NCBI GenBank assembly: GCA_003858585.1
Contig: RQZE01000008.1
Span: 45,544-77,543 of the forward strand
DNA: 32,000 bases
Source: Erysipelotrichaceae bacterium OH741_COT-311
GTDB lineage: Bacteria > Bacillota_I > Bacilli_A > Erysipelotrichales > Erysipelotrichaceae
Direction: 5' to 3'
The notes beneath the pieces are model-generated. The model made no database searches. It saw only the letters and a list, made by a program, of their open reading frames with translations, and was not told the origin of the DNA. This document shows, one piece after another, positions 19,645-27,668 of this stretch; position 1 is the first letter of the stretch; the number at the start of each line of letters is the position of its first letter. A program made the translations under genes and the position numbers.

Positions 19645-21228
19645 ATGGATAACAATCAAATTAAAACAAATGAAAGTATTCAACGTTCAGAATTACATCG
19701 AAAAATATGGGCAATTGCAGATAATGTACGTGGAACTGTAGATGGATGGGATTTTAAACAATACATACTAGGTATTTTATTCTATCGTTTTATTTCTGAA
19801 AATATGAAAGAATATTTTAATAAGGCAGAACATGAAGCAGGAGATTTGAAGTTTGATTATGCACGTATTTCTGATGAAGAAGCAGAACAATACTTCAAAC
19901 CCAATACAGTAGAAGATAAGGGTTATTTCATTCTTCCAAGTCAATTATTTGAAAACGTTGTAGAAAAAGCGAGAGTGAATTCAAATTTAAATGTTGAATT
20001 AGATACAATTTTTAAAAATATTGAATCAAGTGCAGTTGGTTTTGCATCTGAAGATGATATTAAAGGATTATTTGAAGATATTGATGTGCGTAGCAGTCGT
20101 TTAGGAAACACAGTTGAAGAAAAAAATAAGCGTTTAGCTGATATTTTAATTGGTATTTCAGAAATAAATTTTGGTCGCTTTGAAGAAAATCAAATTGATG
20201 CTTTCGGGGATGCGTATGAATATTTAATTTCTAACTATGCAAGTAATGCAGGAAAATCGGGTGGAGAGTACTTTACTCCACAAACCGTTTCTAAATTATT
20301 AGCTAGATTAGTTATGGAAGGAAAGAAAAAAATTAATAAAGTATATGATCCAACATGTGGCAGTGGTTCTTTACTTTTACAAATGAAAAAACAATTCGAA
20401 GAACATATTATCGAAGATGGTTTTTTTGGTCAAGAAAGTAATATGACAAACTATAACTTATCAAGAATGAATATGTTTTTACATAATATAAACTATAATA
20501 AGTTTTCAATTAAACATGGTGATACCTTATTAAAACCAATGCATAATGATGAAAAACCATTTGATGCAATTGTATCAAATCCTCCTTATTCAATTAAATG
20601 GGTAGGAGATGGAGATCCTACATTAATTAATGATGTACGTTTTGCTCCAGCTGGAAAACTTGCACCAAAAAAAAAAGCAGATTATGCATTTATTATGCAT
20701 TCCTTAAATTATTTATCTAGTCAAGGACGAGCAGCAATTGTTTGTTTCCCCGGAATCTTTTATCGAAAGAGTGCTGAAAAAACTATAAGACAATATCTAG
20801 TGGATAATAACTTTATTGATTGTGTTATTCAGTTACCAGAAAACTTATTCTTTGGAACTTCCATTGCAACTTGTGTTTTAGTTATGTCAAAAAATAAAAC
20901 TGAAAATAAAATATTATTTATTGATGCAAGTAAAGAATTTAAAAAAGAAACAAACAATTATATTTTAGAAGAAAAAAATATTGAAGTAATCGTAGAGGGA
21001 TTTAAAAACAGATCAGATAAACAATATTTTTCAAGATATGTAGATAAAAGTGAAATAGAAGAAAACGATTATAATTTATCTGTTTCAACATATGTAGAAA
21101 AAGAAGATACAAGAGAAGTTATTGATATTAAAGCTTTAAATAAAGAAATCGAAGAAACTGTAAGAAAAATTAATGAATTAAGAGATTCTATTAATGAAAT
21201 AGTAAAGGAGTTAGAAACAGATGCTTAA
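19645..21228 (+). CDS. hsdM: Type I restriction-modification system, DNA methyltransferase subunit
   Basis: 527 aa with an HsdM N-terminal domain, SAM motif [13 protein letters not shown] and catalytic motif [10 protein letters not shown]. hsdS and hsdR follow. Confidence 0.96.
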   Translation: MDNNQIKTNESIQRSELHRKIWAIADNVRGTVDGWDFKQYILGILFYRFISENMKEYFNKAEHEAGDLKFDYARISDEEAEQYFKPNTVEDKGYFILPSQLFENVVEKARVNSNLNVELDTIFKNIESSAVGFASEDDIKGLFEDIDVRSSRLGNTVEEKNKRLADILIGISEINFGRFEENQIDAFGDAYEYLISNYASNAGKSGGEYFTPQTVSKLLARLVMEGKKKINKVYDPTCGSGSLLLQMKKQFEEHIIEDGFFGQESNMTNYNLSRMNMFLHNINYNKFSIKHGDTLLKPMHNDEKPFDAIVSNPPYSIKWVGDGDPTLINDVRFAPAGKLAPKKKADYAFIMHSLNYLSSQGRAAIVCFPGIFYRKSAEKTIRQYLVDNNFIDCVIQLPENLFFGTSIATCVLVMSKNKTENKILFIDASKEFKKETNNYILEEKNIEVIVEGFKNRSDKQYFSRYVDKSEIEENDYNLSVSTYVEKEDTREVIDIKALNKEIEETVRKINELRDSINEIVKELETDA

Positions 21229-21294
21229 CAGTCAATGCAACTATCAACTAATAGTTGACAGTTCAAAAATTGTTAAATAATTGGGAAAAATAAT

Positions 21295-23235
21295 ATGAAA
21301 AAAATAGATAATTTATTACAAAATGAACATGTTGAATGGAAGAAATTAGGAGAAGTATGTGAGATTTTGAATGGGTATTCTTTTAAAAGTGAAAGCTATT
21401 CCTTTAGTGGAATACGTGTAATTAGAATTTCTGATGTTCAAAATGGATTTATTTCCAATAAAGAACTCAAGTATTATTCGTCAAATAATATCAAAGAAAT
21501 AGAAAGGTATTTATTATATGAAGATGATTTAGTAATTTCTTTAACTGGTAATGTAGGTCGCGTAGCACTAATTGATAAGTCTATTTTGCCTGCGGCTCTT
21601 AACCAAAGGGTTGCTTGTATTCGTTGTCCTAATCAAATAACATCAAAATATTTATTTCATTTTCTCAATCAAAATTTATTTGAAAAGATGGCAATTCAAA
21701 ATTCAAGTGGAGGAGGTCAAAAAAATTTAAGTACAATTTGGTTGAATAATTACGAAATCCCAATTCCTTCGTTAAAAACTCAAGAAAAAATAGTAAAAAC
21801 ACTTGACAAATTTACAAATTGTGTTACTGAACTACAGGCTGAACTACAGGCAAGAAATAAACAATATAATTACTATAGAGATAAATTACTAAGTGAAGAA
21901 TATCTAGGCAAAATCTCAAAGAAAATAGATAAGTTGGAAAATAAAAAGTATCAATTAAGAAGTACAACTCTTGGTGACGTAGGAGAATTCACAAGAGGGA
22001 ATGGATTACAAAAAAGTGATTTTACTTATAAAGGAAAACCAGCAATTCATTACGGTCAAATATATACCAAGTATGGATTTTCCACAGATAAAACAATTTC
22101 ATATGTAAGTGATGCGACTTATTCTAAATTAAGAAAAGCAAAAACAAATGATATTTTGATAGCTACAACCTCTGAAAACATAGAGGATGTTGGTAAAAGT
22201 ACAGTTTGGCTTGGAAAGGAAGAAATAGGATTTTCAGGAGATATGTATAGCTATAGCACAAATGAAAATTCTAAGTATATTGCTTATTATTTTCAAACTG
22301 AAGAATTTCATAAACAAAAAGCTAGAAAAATATCTGGAACAAAATTAATTCGTATTCACGGAGATGATATGAAAAAATTTTGCATAACTCTTCCATCACT
22401 AGAAATTCAAGAAAAAATTGTGGAAATTTTAGATAAATTTCAATCTATGCTTTCCGATACTCAAGGACTGTTGCCAAAAGAAATTGAGCAAAGAAAAAAA
22501 CAATATGAATATTATCGTGAAAAACTATTGACATTCAATACGATATGTGATAGCAAGCAAGCAAGCAAGATAATACCTACTAATTATTTTACTATATTAA
22601 AAGAAGCAGCAAATATTGTAGATGTAGAACTATATGCAGTTAAATGGAAAAGCCTTGGTGAAATAGGGAAATTTGAAAATGGAACAGGTATGCCAAAAAC
22701 AATGTTTAGTATGTCTGAAACTATTGGTGCAATACATTATGGTCATATTTATACAAAATACAACATGTTTGTTTACAATCCGATTGTTAATGTGAGCACA
22801 GAAAATGCAAAGAAATTAAAAAAAGTAAATCAAGGAGATTTAGTTATTGCTAAAACTTCTGAAAATGTAGAAGATATTATGAAAACAGTGGCATATTTAG
22901 GTGAAGGTCAGGTGGTAACCGGAGGACATGCTGCAATATTTAGCCATCAAGAAAATCCAAAATATTTGTCTTATGTGTTTAATGGTGCAAGTTATCTTAT
23001 AAGTCAAAAAAATAAATTAGCAAAAGGAGTTAAAGTGATAGAATTATCTATCTCTGATATGGAAAAAATAAAAATTCCATTACCTTCTCTTCCTGTTCAA
23101 GAATACATTGTTTCTATTTTGGATAAGTTTGACATGCTTGTAAATGATATTTCTCAAGGGCTTCCAAAAGAAATTGAATTAAGAAAAAAACAATATGAAT
23201 ATTATAGAGAAAAACTATTTAGCTTTAATAAATGA
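21295..23235 (+). CDS. hsdS: Type I R-M specificity subunit with three target-recognition domains (TRD1-CR1-TRD2-CR2-linker-TRD3-CR3)
   Basis: 646 aa, against roughly 400-450 for a typical HsdS. There are three TRD-like blocks (aa ~12-157, ~222-366, ~449-596). Each is followed by a conserved helix: PSLKTQEKIV...ARNKQYNYYRDKLL, PSLEIQEKIV...QRKKQYEYYREKLL and PSLPVQEYIV...LRKKQYEYYREKLF. Confidence 0.9.
   Translation: MKKIDNLLQNEHVEWKKLGEVCEILNGYSFKSESYSFSGIRVIRISDVQNGFISNKELKYYSSNNIKEIERYLLYEDDLVISLTGNVGRVALIDKSILPAALNQRVACIRCPNQITSKYLFHFLNQNLFEKMAIQNSSGGGQKNLSTIWLNNYEIPIPSLKTQEKIVKTLDKFTNCVTELQAELQARNKQYNYYRDKLLSEEYLGKISKKIDKLENKKYQLRSTTLGDVGEFTRGNGLQKSDFTYKGKPAIHYGQIYTKYGFSTDKTISYVSDATYSKLRKAKTNDILIATTSENIEDVGKSTVWLGKEEIGFSGDMYSYSTNENSKYIAYYFQTEEFHKQKARKISGTKLIRIHGDDMKKFCITLPSLEIQEKIVEILDKFQSMLSDTQGLLPKEIEQRKKQYEYYREKLLTFNTICDSKQASKIIPTNYFTILKEAANIVDVELYAVKWKSLGEIGKFENGTGMPKTMFSMSETIGAIHYGHIYTKYNMFVYNPIVNVSTENAKKLKKVNQGDLVIAKTSENVEDIMKTVAYLGEGQVVTGGHAAIFSHQENPKYLSYVFNGASYLISQKNKLAKGVKVIELSISDMEKIKIPLPSLPVQEYIVSILDKFDMLVNDISQGLPKEIELRKKQYEYYREKLFSFNK
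21829..21852 (+). repeat. 12-bp tandem duplication in the hsdS central conserved region
   Basis: gaactacaggct (21829-21840) followed by gaactacaggca (21841-21852), encoding ELQA-ELQA within ...VTELQAELQARNKQY... Confidence 0.9.
22474..22529 (+). repeat. Direct repeat copy 1 (hsdS CR2)
   Basis: ccaaaagaaattga...agaaaaaaacaatatgaatattat...aaaaactatt. Blocks of 14, 24 and 10 nt are identical to 23164-23219, exactly 690 bp (230 codons) downstream. Confidence 0.9.
22552..22569 (+). repeat. Tetranucleotide microsatellite (GCAA)4.5 inside hsdS
   Basis: agcaagcaagcaagcaag, encoding SKQASK. It lies 13 nt after the end of conserved region 2. Confidence 0.95.
23164..23219 (+). repeat. Direct repeat copy 2 (hsdS CR3)
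   Basis: See copy 1. The two copies are in frame with each other. Confidence 0.9.
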
Positions 23236-23251
23236 GTAAGGAGGGATTCGT

Positions 23252-26200
23252 GTGGAAGAGGTTAAAAGTCTGTATTGTACATCTTCAATTGCTGAGATGA
23301 CAAATGGGATTATTTTAGCTAATTATGAAAAAGTTTTAAGTGTACAAGAGTCGTATCAAACAGAAGCACAGTTGGAGAGTTATTTAATTGATAATTTAGA
23401 ATCACAAGGCTATGAAAGGTTTGTAGCACATACTAGTGAAGATTTATATAATAACTTAAAGATTCAAATGGAGCGTTTAAATAAAGTAACATTTACTTCT
23501 TCAGAGTGGAATCGCTTTTTAAATGAATTTTTGGATTGTCCAAATGATGGAATGATTGAAAAGACACGAAAAATTCAAGAAAATCACTTGTATGATTTTA
23601 TTTTTGATGATGGTAGCCTTGTTAATCTTAAAATCATAGATAAGCTAAATATACACAATAACTTCTTACAGGTTACAAATCAAATTGTACAATTTGGTAA
23701 ACATAAAAATCGTTATGATGTAACGATATTAATTAATGGATTACCTTTGGTTCATATTGAATTAAAGAGTCGTGGTGTAAGATTGCGTGAAGCATTTGAT
23801 CAAATACATCGATATAGCAAAGAGAGTTTTAATGCAAACCATTCTTTATACAAATATGTACAAATTTTTGTCATATCTAATGGTACGCATACACGTTATT
23901 TTGCAAATACAACTGCTCAAAATAAAAATAATTATGAGTTTACATGTGAATGGGCAGATGCAAAAAACAAAGCCATTAAAGATTTAGAAGATTTTACTAA
24001 AACATTTTTTGAAAAACGTGTATTACTAGAGGTATTAACAAAATATTGTGTATTTGATGTTAAGGATACATTATTAATATTACGACCTTATCAAATTGCA
24101 GCAACTGAGCGTATTTTATGGAAAATTAAATCAAGTTATGAAAGTAAAAGATCGGGAAAAGTAGAAGCTGGGGGATATATTTGGCATACAACAGGTTCTG
24201 GGAAGACATTAACTTCTTTTAAAACTGCCCGCTTAGCAACATCTCTATCGATTATCGATAAAGTATTTTTTGTAGTTGATCGTAAAGACTTGGACTATCA
24301 AACTATGAAAGAATATCAAAGATATCAAAAAGATAGTGTAAATGGTAGTAAAGATACAAAAGCGCTAAAAAAAGTTATAGAGCTAAATGATAATAAAATT
24401 ATTGTGACTACAATTCAAAAGTTAAATGAATTTGTAAAGAGAAATCAAAATCATGAAATATATCAAAAACATTGTGTTTTAATTTTTGATGAATGTCACC
24501 GTTCTCAATTTGGAGAAGCACAAAAAAATATAAAAAAAGCGTTTAAAAAATATTATCAGTTTGGTTTTACAGGAACGCCAATTTTTCCAGAAAATGCGAT
24601 TGGAACAGATACAACATCAAGTATTTTTGGTGCACAGCTACATAGTTATGTTATTACTGATGCGATTCGTGATGGTAAGGTTTTGAAGTTCAAAGTAGAT
24701 TATCATAATGTAAATGCTAAGTTTAAATCCGAAGAAAAAGAAACAGATTTAATGAAATTAAAGAGCTATGAAAAAAAGGTTTTAGCTTTACCAGAAAGAA
24801 TTTCAAGTATTACAAAACATATTTTAAAGGTATTTGATGATAAAACACGTCGTAATGAGTATTATGATTTGAAAAAGCGTCGATTAAATGGGTTTAATGC
24901 AATGTTTGCGGTTTCTAGTATAGAAGCAGCTAAATTATATTATGAAGAGTTTCAAAGACAACAAAAAGAACTTCCAGAAGAAAAAAGGCTTAAGGTAGCT
25001 ACAATTTATAGCTTTTCTGCAAATGAAGAGCAAAATGCAATAGGAGATATTGTAGAAGAAACATTTGAGCCTACTGCACTTGATTCTTCTTCAAAAGAAT
25101 TTTTAAGTAAAGTGATTAAAGATTATAATGGATACTTTAAAACAAATTATTCTCTTGATGGAAATGAATTTCAAAACTACTACAAAGATTTATCGGCAAG
25201 AGTTGCGAATCGTGAAGTTGATCTTTTAATTGTGGTTGGAATGTTTCTGACAGGATTTAATGCAGAAACGTTAAATACGTTGTTTGTAGATAAGAATTTA
25301 AGATATCATGGTCTAATACAAGCCTTTTCAAGAACTAATCGTATTTTAAATAAAGTGAAAACTTTTGGTAATATTGTATGTTTTCGTGATTTAGAAAAAG
25401 CAACTCAAGAAGCAATTAAAGTGTTTGGTGATGAAAATAGTGTAAATATTATTTTAGAGAAAAGTTATACAGAATATATTAATGGATTTGAAGATCAAGA
25501 AAGTGGAAGTGCATTTAAAGGTTATGAAAAAATATGTAAAGAAATCCTTGCCAAATTTCCTGATCCAACAGAAATTATTTTAGATGAAGACAAAAAAGAG
25601 TTTGTAAAATTGTTTGGTGAGCTTTTGAAAGCAGAGAATATTCTTAAGAATTTTGATGAATTTGAAAGTTATGATAATGGTATTTCTGAACGTCAAATGC
25701 AAGATATGAAGAGTGTTTATGTAGATATTCGAGAAGAAATATTAAATCAAAAACAACAAGAGAAAAACGAAAATGCAGGCATTGATTTTTCTGACATCGA
25801 GTTTCAAATAGATTTATTAAAAACAGATGAAATAAATTTAGATTATATTTTAGCTTTAATTTATGAAAAATCAAAAGAGCATAAAGATATTGAAGTATTG
25901 AAGTATGAAATTAGTCGCATCATACGTTCAAGTTTAGAAACGAGAGCAAAAGAAAAGCTTGTTATGGACTTTATTAATCATACTCGCATTTCAGAGCTTA
26001 AAACAAGCAAAGATATTATTAAATCATTCTATGAGTTTGCGAATAGAGAAAAGAAAAAAGAAGTCGAAAGATTAATTCAAGAAGAACATTTAAAAGAAGA
26101 AGCGGTTCGTTTTATTGAAAAGTCAATTGAAAAAGGATGGGTAGAAAATGCAGGCATTGAGCTGGATAGTGTTTTACCTCCTGTATCAAGAAGACAAGGT

Positions 26201-26272
26201 GCACGTGAAGCGAAAAAGCAACAAGTACTAGATAAAATTCGTAAGTTGGTAGAAGTATTTGTGGGGGTATAA
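23252..26272 (+). CDS. hsdR: Type I R-M restriction endonuclease/translocase subunit
   Basis: 1006 aa with a GTG start at 23252 and RBS aaggaggg. N-terminal PD-(D/E)xK motif (YDVTILINGLPLVHIELK) and SF2 motifs HTTGSGKT and FDECHRSQ. Confidence 0.95.
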   Translation: MEEVKSLYCTSSIAEMTNGIILANYEKVLSVQESYQTEAQLESYLIDNLESQGYERFVAHTSEDLYNNLKIQMERLNKVTFTSSEWNRFLNEFLDCPNDGMIEKTRKIQENHLYDFIFDDGSLVNLKIIDKLNIHNNFLQVTNQIVQFGKHKNRYDVTILINGLPLVHIELKSRGVRLREAFDQIHRYSKESFNANHSLYKYVQIFVISNGTHTRYFANTTAQNKNNYEFTCEWADAKNKAIKDLEDFTKTFFEKRVLLEVLTKYCVFDVKDTLLILRPYQIAATERILWKIKSSYESKRSGKVEAGGYIWHTTGSGKTLTSFKTARLATSLSIIDKVFFVVDRKDLDYQTMKEYQRYQKDSVNGSKDTKALKKVIELNDNKIIVTTIQKLNEFVKRNQNHEIYQKHCVLIFDECHRSQFGEAQKNIKKAFKKYYQFGFTGTPIFPENAIGTDTTSSIFGAQLHSYVITDAIRDGKVLKFKVDYHNVNAKFKSEEKETDLMKLKSYEKKVLALPERISSITKHILKVFDDKTRRNEYYDLKKRRLNGFNAMFAVSSIEAAKLYYEEFQRQQKELPEEKRLKVATIYSFSANEEQNAIGDIVEETFEPTALDSSSKEFLSKVIKDYNGYFKTNYSLDGNEFQNYYKDLSARVANREVDLLIVVGMFLTGFNAETLNTLFVDKNLRYHGLIQAFSRTNRILNKVKTFGNIVCFRDLEKATQEAIKVFGDENSVNIILEKSYTEYINGFEDQESGSAFKGYEKICKEILAKFPDPTEIILDEDKKEFVKLFGELLKAENILKNFDEFESYDNGISERQMQDMKSVYVDIREEILNQKQQEKNENAGIDFSDIEFQIDLLKTDEINLDYILALIYEKSKEHKDIEVLKYEISRIIRSSLETRAKEKLVMDFINHTRISELKTSKDIIKSFYEFANREKKKEVERLIQEEHLKEEAVRFIEKSIEKGWVENAGIELDSVLPPVSRRQGAREAKKQQVLDKIRKLVEVFVGV

Positions 26273-26290
26273 AAATTAGTATATATTTAG

Positions 26291-27592
26291 ATGAGGGGAG
26301 ATAATAATACTGTGAAAAAGCATATATTGTTGAAGTATCTAGATGAATACTTTGAAGTTAACATAACTTTAGATTCAAAGTATACTATTGGAGATAATAT
26401 TAATAAAATTTGCACACTTTCAGAATATCAAGAAATAGTTCAAAATAATTTGATTTTTTGGGAAAAAAACTTTAAAAATGAAACAATTAGTTATTTTTCG
26501 TTTTGGGAAGAAAAACAAAAAAAATTAAATCAAATATATGGTATGATGCAACAAATAAAAAAAGAAGAATTTATATCTAAATTAAATGAAATTTGTGATT
26601 TTCTTAGTGTTGGACGGTTTAACGATAGTGGAATAGAAAATAAAATAAAAAAACAAATAAATATCAAAATAGAATCTCTTTTGATTGGGTGCTGTCAATT
26701 TGAAAGGTGTATACATTTTATAAAATTAATATATGATAATGATGATAAAAGTCTAAGAACTGAACAAATTTTACACAATTATATATATTTAATAAAGAAT
26801 CCTTATATGATAGGGTCATATTTTTCATCAAACTACAAAGAACAAAGTTTTCCAGCTTATGTGTTGTTATCAGAAAATATAAAATCGGAAAATAAAAATT
26901 GGACTTTGATTTCAAAAAATATTGAAGAAGATTTGGCTCATGAAAAAGAAAATTTGGAGAAAAGTTTTCAAGAAAAGTATAGCGATGCAATTCAAGAAAT
27001 ACACGATATAGAAAAAGAAATAAGAGAATTTTCAGAAAAATATCATGAGGAAAAAAATAAGAGACTGAAAGAATTAGAAGAACAAAATCAAAAATTAGTA
27101 AATAATTTATCAGTTTTAGAGACAACATATAAAGAAAAACTAAAATTAGAAGCTCCAGAACAACTATGGATTGAAAAAGCTAAACAGCAGAAAAAATCAG
27201 TAGTAATTTGGCTTTTAATTACTATCTGTACCGCTATTTTGTTGATTTACTCATTGGGTTGGCTCATTCCAACAATCTATGAATCTAATTTGAAAGAGAA
27301 TATAATTTTAAATAAAAGTTTTTTCTTGATTGCAATTATAACATTTTTTGTCTATATCATTAGGATAGAAGTTAAAGTTTTGCTTTCTTCAAGGCACCTT
27401 CAGTTAGTATATGAAGAAAAAGCTGCATTAACTAGATTTTATCAAGCATTAATATATGCTGGAAATCATATAGATGAAAATCAACTACTTTTAATTTATA
27501 GTATGTTATTTAAGGATACGGATACTGGGTTGGTGAAATCAAGTGATGGCACAGATATTGAAAGTATTGTTTCCACAATAATTCGAAAATAA
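26291..27592 (+). CDS. Uncharacterised coiled-coil / two-TM protein appended to the hsd operon
   Basis: 433-aa ORF 18 nt after the hsdR stop with no intervening hairpin. N-terminal ~200 aa have no motif I recognise; aa ~208-300 form a K/E-rich coiled coil. TM helices are SVVIWLLITICTAILLIYSLGWLIP and FFLIAIITFFVYIIRIEVKVLL, followed by a ~65-aa tail. The start is ambiguous: ATG 26291 lacks an SD, and the in-frame GTG 26312 follows gagggga. Confidence 0.75.
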   Translation: MRGDNNTVKKHILLKYLDEYFEVNITLDSKYTIGDNINKICTLSEYQEIVQNNLIFWEKNFKNETISYFSFWEEKQKKLNQIYGMMQQIKKEEFISKLNEICDFLSVGRFNDSGIENKIKKQINIKIESLLIGCCQFERCIHFIKLIYDNDDKSLRTEQILHNYIYLIKNPYMIGSYFSSNYKEQSFPAYVLLSENIKSENKNWTLISKNIEEDLAHEKENLEKSFQEKYSDAIQEIHDIEKEIREFSEKYHEEKNKRLKELEEQNQKLVNNLSVLETTYKEKLKLEAPEQLWIEKAKQQKKSVVIWLLITICTAILLIYSLGWLIPTIYESNLKENIILNKSFFLIAIITFFVYIIRIEVKVLLSSRHLQLVYEEKAALTRFYQALIYAGNHIDENQLLLIYSMLFKDTDTGLVKSSDGTDIESIVSTIIRK

Positions 27593-27638
27593 AATAGTTT
27601 ATAATCGTTGAATAATTACTTACAATTCTTAAATATAA

Positions 27639-27668
27639 AAAGAAGTTTAGCTTTAACTAAACTTCTTT
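27639..27668. terminator. Bidirectional terminator shared by the 433-aa ORF and the NERD gene
   Basis: 12-bp stem aaagaagtttag / ctaaacttcttt with loop ctttaa. It overlaps the last codons and stop of the NERD gene. Confidence 0.65.

Noticed and set aside
19322-26272. Invertible hsdS shufflon (Mycoplasma/Bacteroides/Streptococcus style phase variation)
   Set aside because: There is no second, inverted or silent hsdS copy, no inverted repeats between TRDs and no tyrosine or serine recombinase gene in the window. All repeats found are direct.
23787-27128. ORFs 23787-23987(+), 25644-25874(-) and 26718-27128(-)
   Set aside because: They are alternative-frame or antisense ORFs inside hsdR and the 433-aa ORF. 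Open frames of this kind are expected in about 28% GC DNA.
26291-27592. PrrC/RloC-type anticodon nuclease identity for the gene attached to the type IC operon
   Set aside because: It has no Walker A/P-loop or ABC-ATPase-like N-domain, and it has two TM helices instead. Only the genomic logic, not the protein, resembles PrrC.
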